Both the position numbers and the translations under genes were made by a program. From Syntrophorhabdaceae bacterium (GTDB lineage Bacteria; Desulfobacterota; Syntrophorhabdia; Syntrophorhabdales; Syntrophorhabdaceae), in NCBI GenBank assembly GCA_963665295.1, contig OY762209.1, forward strand, positions 640,001-704,000: 64,000 bases of DNA, given 5' to 3'. The notes below the pieces were generated by a model. It was not told the DNA's origin, did not search any database, and saw nothing but the letters and a program-made list of their open reading frames with translations. Of this stretch, positions 38,360 through 48,554 are shown in pieces. The number at the start of each line of letters is the position of its first letter. Position 1 is the stretch's first letter.

Positions 38360-38797
38360 ATGATTACGCTGTACACAATTGGCTTTACAAAAAAAAGTGC
38401 TGATATTTTCTTCACGAAATTAAATCAGGCTGGCGTGAGCAAAATAATAGATATCCGCCTCAATAATATTTCTCAGCTTGCAGGATTTACAAAGAAAGAA
38501 GATCTAACATATTTTTTGAGGAATCTTTGCAATTGTTCTTACAGCCACCAGCCAATTCTGGCACCCACTAACGATATTCTTGATGATTATAGAAAGAAAA
38601 AGATTGACTGGTCGGAATATGCAATGCGGTTCCGAAGGCTCCTTGAAAATCGTGCGGTTGAAACCATAATACCGGTCAATGAGCTGCAAAACTCCTGTTT
38701 GCTTTGCAGCGAGCCGACAGCCGAGAAGTGCCATCGTAAGCTCGTGGCTGAGTACTTTAGGGAACGCTTTCCCGATATCAAGATTGAGCATTTGTAG
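38360..38797 (+). CDS. DUF488 domain protein (short form)
   Basis: YTIGFTKKSA, IDIRLNN.SQLAGF, LAPT, LLCSE.....CHR. Confidence 0.85.
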   Translation: MITLYTIGFTKKSADIFFTKLNQAGVSKIIDIRLNNISQLAGFTKKEDLTYFLRNLCNCSYSHQPILAPTNDILDDYRKKKIDWSEYAMRFRRLLENRAVETIIPVNELQNSCLLCSEPTAEKCHRKLVAEYFRERFPDIKIEHL

Positions 38798-38807
38798 GGG
38801 ATAGGGG

Positions 38808-39082
38808 TCACCCATTAAAGGGCCCCTGTCAAGAGGCAATATTCCCCCGCAGCAAAAAACTAAGCATTTTTTGCAGGGTCTAATACGCCAACACCGGTAC
38901 GTCGCTCCTTGACCCCTGTCTTCTGCGTCTGCTTTTTCTTCTCTTTCTCGGTTCGCATCTCTGACCTGCACCAGTCACCCATCGGGATTAAAGGTCTCTT
39001 ATGGACCTCGTGTCTAATGACCCAGAAAATCGTCAGTTCCCTACCGTGTCCAATGTGTGGTTCTCAGCACCTATGGTTATAA
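38808..39082 (+). repeat. Copy 2 of ~275-bp direct repeat, including a truncated IS110 3' end
   Basis: Matches 33562-33836; cut exactly at the IS1634 left IR. Confidence 0.92.
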
Positions 39083-40824
39083 CCTGACTTCCCGCCCCAT
39101 TATAACGAGGAAACCCATCTAACCCATTAATAAACATAAGATTAAGTACGATTTCCCTTGCATTTGGCATCGTTACAAGTTATAGTGTTGTAACGATGAA
39201 GGAGGGAATGCATGGCGATCGTCTATCAGACCAATAAGAAGACCGGGGTCAGGTATGCCTATGAATCGGTCTCATACTGGGATAAGGAGAGGAGGCAGTC
39301 CAGGGCAAAGCGTGTGTGCATCGGAAGGGTAGACGAAGAGACCGGGGAAATCATTCCCACCAGGAAAAAGAAGGTGGGGCCAAAGACGATCAAGCCTGGC
39401 CCGGTGCCCATCACCCGGACTGCCCGGTTGTTCTATGGGGCCACCTACCTCTTCGACTGTATCGGGGAAGAGATAGGGGTGACAAAGGATTTGAGGACCT
39501 GTTTCCCCGATAGCTATCGTAAGATCCTCTCCCTCGCCTATTACCTCATATTGGAGGACAAGAACCCCTTGAGCCGCTTCCCCCGGTGGGCTCACGTTCA
39601 TTGGCATCCACATGGGGAAGTCATCTCCTCCCAGAGGAGTAGCGACCTCTTTGCCGCGATCACCGAGGAAGGAAGACAGCGGTTCTTTACCCTCCAGGGG
39701 AAGCGCCGGGTAGAGAAGGAATATCTCGCCTATGACAGCACGTCCGTGAGCAGCTACTCCCAGTGCCTGCGGCAGGTACGCTACGGGAAGAACAAGGACC
39801 ATGAGCACCTTCCCCAGATCAACCTTGCACTCCTCTTCGGACAGCAGTCACGCCTGCCCTTCTATTACCGGAAGCTCCCGGGTAACATCCCCGATGTGAA
39901 GACATTGAGGAAATTGCTCAGCGACATGAACGCCCTGGGTTATGAGAAGATCAAGGTAGTCCTGGACCGGGGCTTCTACAGTGCGGCCAACATCAACGAC
40001 ATGTATAAGCATCATATGAAGTTCCTGATCGCCGCAAGGCTGCCCCTTAGGTTTGTCGAGACGCACCTTGACCCCGTCAGGGAGAAGATGCGGAGCTTCA
40101 CCCATTACAGTAAGCCCCACGGGCTCTATGCCTATTCTTTGCCGATCGCCTGGGACTATGTGCAGGATCGGCCCTACAAAGGAGACACCCTCGCGGAGGA
40201 CCGCCGGATGTATCTTCATCTGTATTTCTCTCCGGAGAGAGCCTTAGAGGATGAACTGGCCTTCACCACCCGTCTCTCTGATTGGCAGGAAGAGCTGGAA
40301 CGCGGTACTCGCTATCCGGATCATGAGAAATACTATGCGAAATACTTCGAGGTGAAGAGTACGCCGGTCCGGGGGACAAAAGTGGTTGCTAAAGAAGAGG
40401 TTCTCATAGAGGCGAAACGCAATTACGGATACTTTGCCCTCCTAAGCAACGAGATAAAGGACCCCCTTGACGCGCTCACCATTTACCGGAACAAGGACCT
40501 GGTGGAGAAGGCCTTCGAGAATCTTAAAGAACGACTGAACGTACGCAGGCTTGCCGTCTCCTCCGAGCAGAGTCTCGACGGCAAGCTCTTTGTCCAGTTC
40601 ATCGCCCTTATCTTCTTATCTCACATCACCAGGAAGATACAGGAGAGCAACCTCTTCAAAGATTACACGCTGCAGGAAGTCCTGGATGAGCTTGATGTCA
40701 TCGAATGTTACGAAGTACCGGGGCAGCGTCTCATGGCGGGGGAGATGACGAAGAAACAGATGGAGCTTTATGCGAGGCTGGGGGTTATGGCGCCGGGCTC
40801 GTTACAATAGGGCGGGAAGTCAGG
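39083..40824 (+). mobile_element. IS1634-family insertion sequence
   Basis: Perfect 15-bp terminal IR CCTGACTTCCCGCCC; no target duplication visible. Confidence 0.88.
39212..40810 (+). CDS. IS1634-family DDE transposase
   Basis: YDSTS, YGKNKD, PQINL, LDRGFYS, YRNKD.VEKAF..LK. Confidence 0.9.
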   Translation: MAIVYQTNKKTGVRYAYESVSYWDKERRQSRAKRVCIGRVDEETGEIIPTRKKKVGPKTIKPGPVPITRTARLFYGATYLFDCIGEEIGVTKDLRTCFPDSYRKILSLAYYLILEDKNPLSRFPRWAHVHWHPHGEVISSQRSSDLFAAITEEGRQRFFTLQGKRRVEKEYLAYDSTSVSSYSQCLRQVRYGKNKDHEHLPQINLALLFGQQSRLPFYYRKLPGNIPDVKTLRKLLSDMNALGYEKIKVVLDRGFYSAANINDMYKHHMKFLIAARLPLRFVETHLDPVREKMRSFTHYSKPHGLYAYSLPIAWDYVQDRPYKGDTLAEDRRMYLHLYFSPERALEDELAFTTRLSDWQEELERGTRYPDHEKYYAKYFEVKSTPVRGTKVVAKEEVLIEAKRNYGYFALLSNEIKDPLDALTIYRNKDLVEKAFENLKERLNVRRLAVSSEQSLDGKLFVQFIALIFLSHITRKIQESNLFKDYTLQEVLDELDVIECYEVPGQRLMAGEMTKKQMELYARLGVMAPGSLQ

Positions 40825-40845
40825 AGGGAACAGGCTCCCCGCGGG

Positions 40846-42135
40846 TTACTCCAGTCTGAATCGTCCCGAAGCCTTTTCAATATTGTTCGAAAGATTGGCG
40901 AGGAGCTCGGATGCCCGCGCCACCTGGGCGGCGCTCGAAGAGGCATCCTTCGAGACGGAGGCTATTTGTTCTATATCCTTGCTGATGCTCTCCGAGGTTG
41001 CCGACATCTCATCCGTGGCGGATGCAATCTGGTGCACCATGAGTTGGAGCCCGTCCGCGCTTCCCACAATCTCCTGGAGCGCGGAGCCCGCCTGTACCAC
41101 AAGTTCCACCCCGAGACCGACGTTGCTCGTCGCGTAGTCCATGGAACGGACGGCTTCGAGGACCTCTTGTTGGATCGCCCTCGTCATCTTTCCTATTTCG
41201 GAAGTTGACAGCGCTGTTCTCTCCGAAAGCTTCCTTACCTCGTCCGCGACAACCGCGAACCCCCGCCCGTGCTCCCCCGCCCGGGCCGCCTCAATCGCCG
41301 CGTTAAGGGCGAGCAGGTTTGTCTGATCGGCGATGTCGTTAATGACATTGACGATCTCCCCTATCTGTTTTGACCGTTCTCCCAGGGACTTTACGAAGGC
41401 GGCGGAGGCGTTCACTACCTGCGCGATCTCCTTGACCTTCTCCACCGACTTTATCACTATCTCGTCCCCGTTCTTGGCCACCACCACTGTTTTCGAGGCC
41501 GATTCCGCGATATCGCCTACGCTTTTTGCGATGTCGAGAATGGTCTGCGACATTTGTTCCGATGCCGCCGCCACTTGCGAAGATCTGGACGCCTGTTCGC
41601 CCGATCCCATCGACATCTCTCCTGCGCTCGCGGCCAGTTCGCGAGCCGCCGAAGAAATGTCGCCTGCCGCTGATTTCATATCCTTCACAAGGACCCGCCA
41701 TGTGGTCAAAAGCTTTAGCAGTGCATTCTTAATGTCATTGAATTCATCTTTAGTCTGAACACCCAAGTGGGAATCCATCGTGAGATCACCCTCAGCAAGC
41801 CTCGATGTGATGCCGGTAACGGTCCGGATGGGAGATGCAATACTGCCCCGTATCACCAAGGATGCGGCGATACCGAATGCAAGCGACCCGATACCGAGCA
41901 TGAGAAAATACATCCTTATTCCGCTGTTGATATCCAGGATCTCCTTGAGCCTCGCGGTCGCGGTCACGTCCCCCGGCGCACCTGCCTTTTCCGCCGCGCT
42001 GATGGCTTGGCTCGCCTTACTGTCCGCGTTCATCGTGCCCTGAAATCCGACTAAGCCAAGGAGCACGATGACGGCCAAGCAAATTCCGAACCCAAAATTC
42101 AAGCGGTTTTTGATACTGACGTCCCTTATCTTCAT
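40846..42135 (-). CDS. Methyl-accepting chemotaxis protein with very short periplasmic domain
   Basis: Two TM segments, [40 protein letters not shown]. Confidence 0.95.
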   Translation of the reverse strand: MKIRDVSIKNRLNFGFGICLAVIVLLGLVGFQGTMNADSKASQAISAAEKAGAPGDVTATARLKEILDINSGIRMYFLMLGIGSLAFGIAASLVIRGSIASPIRTVTGITSRLAEGDLTMDSHLGVQTKDEFNDIKNALLKLLTTWRVLVKDMKSAAGDISSAARELAASAGEMSMGSGEQASRSSQVAAASEQMSQTILDIAKSVGDIAESASKTVVVAKNGDEIVIKSVEKVKEIAQVVNASAAFVKSLGERSKQIGEIVNVINDIADQTNLLALNAAIEAARAGEHGRGFAVVADEVRKLSERTALSTSEIGKMTRAIQQEVLEAVRSMDYATSNVGLGVELVVQAGSALQEIVGSADGLQLMVHQIASATDEMSATSESISKDIEQIASVSKDASSSAAQVARASELLANLSNNIEKASGRFRLE

Positions 42136-42187
42136 CCCTTTCCCCCTTCCAAGTAATAGTGGAATGATATCTTTCCTATGTCCGTGA

Positions 42188-42214
42188 TTTTCGACCTGAT
42201 CTGATTTGTCTTAA
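42188..42214 (-). promoter_or_regulatory. Possible sigma28 (FliA) promoter of the MCP gene
   Basis: TTAA-N15-GTCGAAAA versus consensus TAAA-N15-GCCGATAA, ~50 nt upstream of the start. Confidence 0.4.
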
Positions 42215-43044
42215 GCCAATTCCCGGCAAACACATATGATTTATGGTTATCCATTATGCCCTTTACTGATGGTCATGTGAAGATCGGGACGGGCCCGCTC
42301 CGGAGATAACCCTTTTCTGCGGTAAGTTACATAGATTAATTACTTTTCCAATCTCCATACCGCCTATTTCGAGCGAAAGAAAAGGCACTCCACTAAGAGA
42401 GGGGAGGCGGGGTGCGCCATGGAACCGACGCACCCCAGACGGTTGAACCGAGATCAACTGTTACCTTGAATTGCAGGTAAGTTCCCTTTGGATCTCTGAG
42501 AAGTAATCGGGCAAGTCGCGCCACAAAATGCCGCACTTAATGCGCTGTAAATACGCCATATTCGCGCCAGCAGTCGCTATTTCAGACACGGTACTTGCTT
42601 CTCGGGATCACATTCTCACTTCTACCAGCGATGGAACGCTGAATGCGCTCGTTTTCAAACTAACTTTCTTGATTCTCGCCGGCAGACCGGCTGTTTAGCC
42701 GTACCTGAACGACAAAACCCTTTCCTTCTGCCGTATATCCGCAATATTTTGTAACCGCCCCAACTTCCCGAGGCGGGCGGGGAAGGGTTTTCCCGACGGC
42801 GAGCATCGCGGATGTTTTGGGGACCCTGCCGGTTCCTGTGAACGGTGCCGCGGTTTTTGCGGCACGATGCGCCGGATAGGAGGATCTCGCGGGACAGGAC
42901 CGGCAGGCTTTGCGAGCTGCCAGGGCGCCTTGACATGAAAACTTGCTTCGCACTGAGCATCGAGGGCACTGGAGGCGTGCAAAGGGTCAAAACAGGAGCG
43001 CAGCGTAGTCCACCAAAAGGAACATAGGGTCTGAAAGGAACATA

Positions 43045-43157
43045 GGGGTCTGCCCCTGACACGGGATAACAGGGCTGGCCCTTGGAGTAAAAGCACGTAT
43101 TTTTAATCAGTTGCATCATCGTCAGAGTGTTTTTGTCCTGTGTCAAGGGCAGACCCC
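43045..43157. repeat. REP/MITE-like element, copy B with intact inverted termini
   Basis: GGGGTCTGCCCCTGACAC ... GTGTCAAGGGCAGACCCC. Confidence 0.85.
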
Positions 43158-43163
43158 TATTCG

Positions 43164-43275
43164 GCACTTGTGGTCAAAAAGCTTAATAATAGACCCAGGA
43201 AGTGCCTCAACTACCGGACGCCCCATGAGGTCTATCGTCAGGCTCTAGGTGGTGCACTTTGAAGTTGAATTCGCC
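43164..43275 (+). mobile_element. IS30-family right-end remnant
   Basis: KLNNRPRKCLNYRTPHEV..AL* followed by GTGCACTTTGAAGTTGAATTC terminus. Confidence 0.8.
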
Positions 43276-43457
43276 CCTACTGCTTTTGAAACGGCATTCC
43301 GGTTGCAATGCAATATTTTCCTTGAAATTTCATATGACATGGATCACAATAGATTCCATACGAGACTTTATGCAACGGTTTGGGGAGGGGTGCGTCGGCA
43401 TGTCATTACTTCACGTACATCCCTTTGAGGTTCCTACAAATAAGAAAGGAGATATGT

Positions 43458-45464
43458 ATGAGCAACCCATGGAAGGACAACGGAAAAAGGGCGTCCCGTC
43501 TCACAAAAGGACCTCGTGAAGAGAATGACATGGAACCGGTAAGGATGTTCCTCCTCTTCAGTCTTGCCTTCTGCCTTTTTATGCTCCCTCCGTGGATGGC
43601 TTTACCGGTTCACGCAGACCCCCTTCAACCGCAGGCCGCTACCGAACCGAGCGCACGCTACGGGCACACGATGGCCACAGTCGGGGAAAAAGTCTACCTC
43701 TTCGGCGGCAGCGACGGCGCAACGGCCGCAAGTTCTTCGGGGGGAAAGATTCGGGACGAAGTGTTGAATGACCTATGGGCGTTTAGCATAGACGATGGAT
43801 GGGAAAACGTGTTGGCCATCGACGCCCCTGCAACCCGCAAGGGCCATAGCACGGCAGTATACGACGACAAGGTGTTCATTCTCTTCGGCGCGGACAGCAA
43901 TGGCAATGCCCTGAACGACACACAGGCATACAGCGTGACCGACAACTCCTGGAGCCAGGTAAACCCCCAGAGCGCCTTGCCCCCGGCCCGCAAGGATTCC
44001 GCCGCGTCTGCCGTAGACGGCAACATCTATGTCTATGGCGGCAGGAACGGAAGCGGACAGCTTTCCACCGGAAGTGTATGGAAATTGAACTATGCCTCCG
44101 GCATGATCAGGCAATGGACCGAGGGTGCGACCCATCCGGACATGGCGCGCTACGGGCACACGCTTACGAATGTGGATGGAAAACTGTATGTATTCGGAGG
44201 GAGTAACGGCGGTTCGTTTTTGAACGACCTGTCGTATTATGACCCGGAGTCCAATTCATGGACAAAGATCACGCCGGGGTCGGACAAGCCCCCGGCCCGC
44301 GCGTTTCATAACGCTGTACCGGGCACGGGCAAAATTACAGTTTTAGGCGGCACCGGCAAAACCGGTGGACTGGACGATGTGTGGGAGTTCGATATCGTTG
44401 AAAAAAAGTGGGTACGAAGACCCGACCTTCCTGTTCCCCGCGCCGAGTTCTCCGCCGAGGCGCTCCCCTCTTCCTCATCCGGCGGCAAAGGTGCCTCACC
44501 CGGCGGCATCCTCATATTCGGGGGCATAAGTAACGGTCAGGTAGTTGCAGATACCTACATCTACTCACCAAGCGCAACTACCCTCACCGTTGCCAAGTCC
44601 GGCGCCGGTTCCGGTACCGTGAAAAGCAATCCTTCCGGCATCAAATGCGGGTCTGCCTGTTCCGCCTCCTTTGCCGCAGGCACGGTCGTCACCCTCACCG
44701 CAGCCCCTGCCGGCGGCTCCGCCTTCGACGGCTGGTCCGGCGGATGTTCCGGCACAGGTACATGCCAAGTCACTATAACTGACAATATTGCCGTCACCGC
44801 CTCTTTTTCCGTCCCCCCGTCAATCGGCGTGTCCCCTGCGTCCCTTAACTTCAATTCCATGATAAAGGGTGTTTCCTCCACGAAGACGGTAACCATAAAG
44901 AATACGGGGAGGAAGGGGGGCGCTCTTCTCGTGTCCGGTCTTGCCATAACCGGAAATAATGCAGAGGAGTTCTCCTGGATCAGTGATACGTGCACCGCTT
45001 CCCTCGAACCGAAAAAGACCTGCACCGTATCGGTGACCTTTACCCCCGCGTCCTATGACCAAAAAACAGCCACTCTCACCATCTCCTCCAATGATCCCAA
45101 GAAGACATCAGTCGCCGTGAAGCTTGCAGGGAAGGCAGGACCCCCCAAGATGTCGGTCTCCCCCACGTCCCTCAACTTCGGTTCCGTATCTCTTGACAAG
45201 TCCCCCAAACCGCAAAAGACCATTACCGTCAGGAATACGGGTATCTCCGATCTTACCATCTCGTCCATAACCTTAACCGGCGATGTTGCCTTTACCCAGA
45301 CGAACAATTGCGCGACGGTCATTGGGAAGAAATCATGCACTATCCAGGTCGGCTTCGCCCCCACTCTCATCGGTAACTCAGATACCACTACCATTAAGAT
45401 CGATTCTGACGATCCCGCAAAAGGAACAGTGACGGTGAAGGTAAAAGGGACAGGAAAGAAGTGA
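43458..45464 (+). CDS. Secreted Kelch-repeat protein with InlB B-repeat-like and two choice-of-anchor D/ASH-like Ig domains
   Basis: Repeats R.GH....LFGG...ND.W; KSGAGSGTV..FDGWSGGC; SP.SLNF...N.G...L.I...SNDP; AAAGGAG RBS. Confidence 0.85.
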   Translation: MSNPWKDNGKRASRLTKGPREENDMEPVRMFLLFSLAFCLFMLPPWMALPVHADPLQPQAATEPSARYGHTMATVGEKVYLFGGSDGATAASSSGGKIRDEVLNDLWAFSIDDGWENVLAIDAPATRKGHSTAVYDDKVFILFGADSNGNALNDTQAYSVTDNSWSQVNPQSALPPARKDSAASAVDGNIYVYGGRNGSGQLSTGSVWKLNYASGMIRQWTEGATHPDMARYGHTLTNVDGKLYVFGGSNGGSFLNDLSYYDPESNSWTKITPGSDKPPARAFHNAVPGTGKITVLGGTGKTGGLDDVWEFDIVEKKWVRRPDLPVPRAEFSAEALPSSSSGGKGASPGGILIFGGISNGQVVADTYIYSPSATTLTVAKSGAGSGTVKSNPSGIKCGSACSASFAAGTVVTLTAAPAGGSAFDGWSGGCSGTGTCQVTITDNIAVTASFSVPPSIGVSPASLNFNSMIKGVSSTKTVTIKNTGRKGGALLVSGLAITGNNAEEFSWISDTCTASLEPKKTCTVSVTFTPASYDQKTATLTISSNDPKKTSVAVKLAGKAGPPKMSVSPTSLNFGSVSLDKSPKPQKTITVRNTGISDLTISSITLTGDVAFTQTNNCATVIGKKSCTIQVGFAPTLIGNSDTTTIKIDSDDPAKGTVTVKVKGTGKK

Positions 45465-45519
45465 AAGGGGGCCGACGGTTGCTTCATTTTCGCAGATACA
45501 TACTGGGACCCCCACTGGG

Positions 45520-47466
45520 GTAGAGTAGAGAACTGGCGCCCCATCCGGAGCCGCTTCTGCACTTTTCGATGCACGCATCTACTGCGGACTATAGCGGTCG
45601 GCAGGGTTTCCAGTTCCCCCTCATCAAACCGTACGTTCAGTTTTCCCGAATACGGCTTTCCAATCATCTTTTTCCAGAGGCATTCGCCGTCCAGGCGGCG
45701 GTGGTCGGGATTCTATAGAGCCCGAGGCGTTCATAAAGGTATGGGGTGGGGTATGCTTTATATCCCCTGCCCTTTACCCGGTGTTTCCGCTTAAGGTATG
45801 TCCGTACCCGTTCTTCGAGATAATCCTTGATCCGGGAGAAGGCTTTGCTGTTGTGACGATAGTAGAAGTAGCCGGACCAGTTCGTTGAGCCTCGCGATGA
45901 TGAACCCGGTCGGCAGGGCGAGATTTCTCCGTATGGTGATCTCCTTTATCTCTTTTCTAATGTGCAGCATTGCTTTCTTCGAGGGAACGACGAGGGGGAA
46001 CGTTTTTCCGGTCCGGCGGTTTTTTGTCACGCGTACCGTGAACCCGAGGAAGGTAAAGCTCTCTTTTGTCGCATTGATGATCTTTGTTTTATCGGCATTG
46101 AGGGTAAGCCCCAGGTCATGGAGAGCGTCCGCCATTTTAATGAATACTTTGTCAACGTTGTATCTGCAGAGGAGCACAAGATCATCCGCGTATCTCACGA
46201 GCCTTGTACCCTCCATGGCAATGTCAAAGAGATTGAGATAGATATTCGCGAGGAGAGGAGAGATTACCCCTCCCTGCGGCGTTCCCTTGTCGTTGCCGGT
46301 ATATCTCCGTTTTCCCTTCTCCTCTTCCACGAATGGAGCTTTGAGCCACATTTTCAAGAGCCTCAGGATATGCTTGTCCACGACCCTTTTGGCCACTGCT
46401 TCCAGTAATCGGTCATGCGGGATGGTGTCAAAATACTTCGTAATGTCCGCATCAATGACCAGGGTGTTCTTGCAATAGAGCTGAAGGCTCACCTCATCCA
46501 TCGCCTTGTGGGCGCTTCTTCCGGGTCTGAAGCCGTAGGAACTGTTTTGAAAGTCTGCCTCGAATATGGGTTCGATTACCATTTTGACCGCCATCCGGAC
46601 GACCCTGTCTTTGATGACAGGTATCCCGAGGGGTCGCTCTGTGCCGTCCGGTTTTGGAATATAGACCCTCCGTACCAGCTGGGCTTTGTAGGTATTGGTA
46701 CATAATTCCTCGGTGATGTGCTCTAAGAATCTTTCCACCCCTTCGCTCTCTATTGCATCGAAGGTCACCCCATCTATTCCCGGGGCACCCTTCTTCGCTT
46801 TGACAAGTTTATAGGCAAATTCAATGATGTCCTTGCGGTAGACCTTGTCATAGAGAGCGTAAAACCTGAACTCTTTCTCCTGCTTGGCCTTCTGGTAGAG
46901 CTTCGTCCGAAGTTCCCGGATCTTGTCTGGAGTTTTTAGCATGAATGCAATCTCCTTTCCTTCCCTTCTTTCAAAGCGTGATGAAGGCATTGCCCCTTCC
47001 CTCTCCCGGAGTTTTGTTGTCTCCTGGGATGATAACGGTACTATGGGCAACTCCGACTCCCTTCAGGGCCAAAGAGAACTTCGTTTCCTTATATCTCTCT
47101 GTTGCCGTTCAGGCACCTTGAAGGGTCTCCCGTGCTCCCCCATATGACTTCTCCTGCGTGTCACCCCTGCCACCCCGGGAGCCCGCCTGTCGGTTCCGGT
47201 AGTTATTGTCAGGACAGACATGTCAGCCTTCCCCCAACGTCCACGGGGTCGGCGGCTCCACATTTCAATTACGAGGCTACCTATAGGTTCGCGTTTCCAC
47301 TGCAACCCGCAGGTTTGCTCAACCCACTTGAATGGGCCTTTGTGAGGGAACTTAGTGCTTCGGGTTACCCCTCACACCTCCCTCGCGCTACATGGGTGAA
47401 CTACCAAATTCCCATGACCGGACTTAAACCGGCAAGTCATACGTTCTACACGGCATACGGACGCTC
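45520..47466 (-). mobile_element. Group II intron
   Basis: 5' GAGCGTCCG; D5 AAAGCCGTATTCGGGAAAACTGAACGTACGGTTTG; 3' end CTACTCTAC; internal RT gene. Confidence 0.88.
45664..46942 (-). pseudogene. ltrA: Group II intron reverse transcriptase/maturase, frameshifted in domain X, no endonuclease
   Basis: PGIDG, RPLGIP..DR, YGFRPGRS, GTPQGGVISPLLANIYL, YADD, FLGF; after LNELVR the expected GYFYY..YLYERLGL continues in another frame. Confidence 0.85.
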
Positions 47467-47804
47467 GTTGAATTATCAAATTATCTGCGGTTTGCAGAAA
47501 ACCAAAGGTTTGGGCGTCGAAAAAATCCCTAATGATGCCACCCTTTAACTGTTTCTTCCCGCACACTCCCGGCTGGAACGATGGCCGTGGCGTCACAAAA
47601 GAGACAGTCAAGGTATCTTACGGCACGGTCCTTCACAATTGACATTTGGCACCTTTTCAACGCTGCGCCATACAGGCCCTGTGCGCCCCTAATCTCTTCC
47701 CCGTCATTCAACTGCTTTAAAGGACTTGGGGAGGTCCTTTTGTTAGTCTTCACGAGACGCTCGGGTACGTCAATAGTACCCGGCGCCAGGGCAGGAGCGC
47801 TCCC

Positions 47805-48320
47805 ATGCGGGTACAGTATGATGAAGACACGGCTGAAAAGGCATATCTCGGATGGAAGGAATGCGGGTATAACGCCAGGAAAGCGTCGCGGCGCCTCGCG
47901 GCAGAGGGGCTTGTCATACACAGAAATACGATCTCGGCATGGAGAGACAGATGCGACTGGAAGACCCGCGCCCAGAGAGAACAGAAAGAGGGTACGACAG
48001 TGAAAGAAGCGAACAAGGACGATACCGGGCTTATCGCAGGTCTTGAAGCCCAGAGAAAGCGGTATGAGGGGTTCTTCGAAACCCTCGGGCCTACGGTGAT
48101 TGACGTCCAGGCCACCTATGCCTACACCGCCGTCGTGAAAGCCATCGCGGACGTTCATAAAAAGATGGACCCTAAGCTGGAAATGTACTGCGCGGCCCCG
48201 GCAGTCATGGAGGCGTTCGTAAAGTCCATTCACGCGAAAGCCGAAACCCTCGATAAGGCTTTCGTCCTTCAGGTCTTCAATCTGATAGACGCTTTCTTTG
48301 AGGAGATAGAACCCCAATAA
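47805..48320 (+). CDS. Phage-like HTH protein (terminase small subunit/DUF1804-like)
   Basis: N-terminal HTH ending TISAWRDRCDW, helical C-terminus; AGGAG RBS. Confidence 0.5.
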   Translation: MRVQYDEDTAEKAYLGWKECGYNARKASRRLAAEGLVIHRNTISAWRDRCDWKTRAQREQKEGTTVKEANKDDTGLIAGLEAQRKRYEGFFETLGPTVIDVQATYAYTAVVKAIADVHKKMDPKLEMYCAAPAVMEAFVKSIHAKAETLDKAFVLQVFNLIDAFFEEIEPQ

Positions 48321-48554
48321 TTCCGGGAAAACGAAAGGACAACCCCCCCCCTTCACGGTGATTCACAAGAGGCACAAACAGGGAAATGTCGATGGAGGGC
48401 GGGAAAGCGCTTTCGCCAAAGCAGGATGGGGAATTATGGGAAGCACTGCTCTTTGACAATGGCATATCGGGAAAGCTTAGTGTGGGACGTGGGACGTCCT
48501 CTTCGTCCTGTCCAGGAAGATAGCCTTTTGTCATTGATAATTAGATTCTAAGTG

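Noticed and set aside
33528..38971. Duplicated ORFs beginning MQVRDANRE
   Set aside because: They arise from the non-coding direct repeat and diverge where it ends
42660..42800. c-di-GMP riboswitch upstream of the MCP gene
   Set aside because: Only a CAGCCGG..TGCC fragment resembles it; the GCAAA and GNRA/receptor elements could not be placed
42845..43027. Tyrosine recombinase C-terminal remnant (LRH...ELPGRLDMKT)
   Set aside because: Similarity too weak; the catalytic His and Tyr are absent
45664..46942. Retron, DGR or defence-associated reverse transcriptase
   Set aside because: Flanked by group II intron D5/D6 and 5' motifs and has a maturase X domain; no template/variable repeat pair seen
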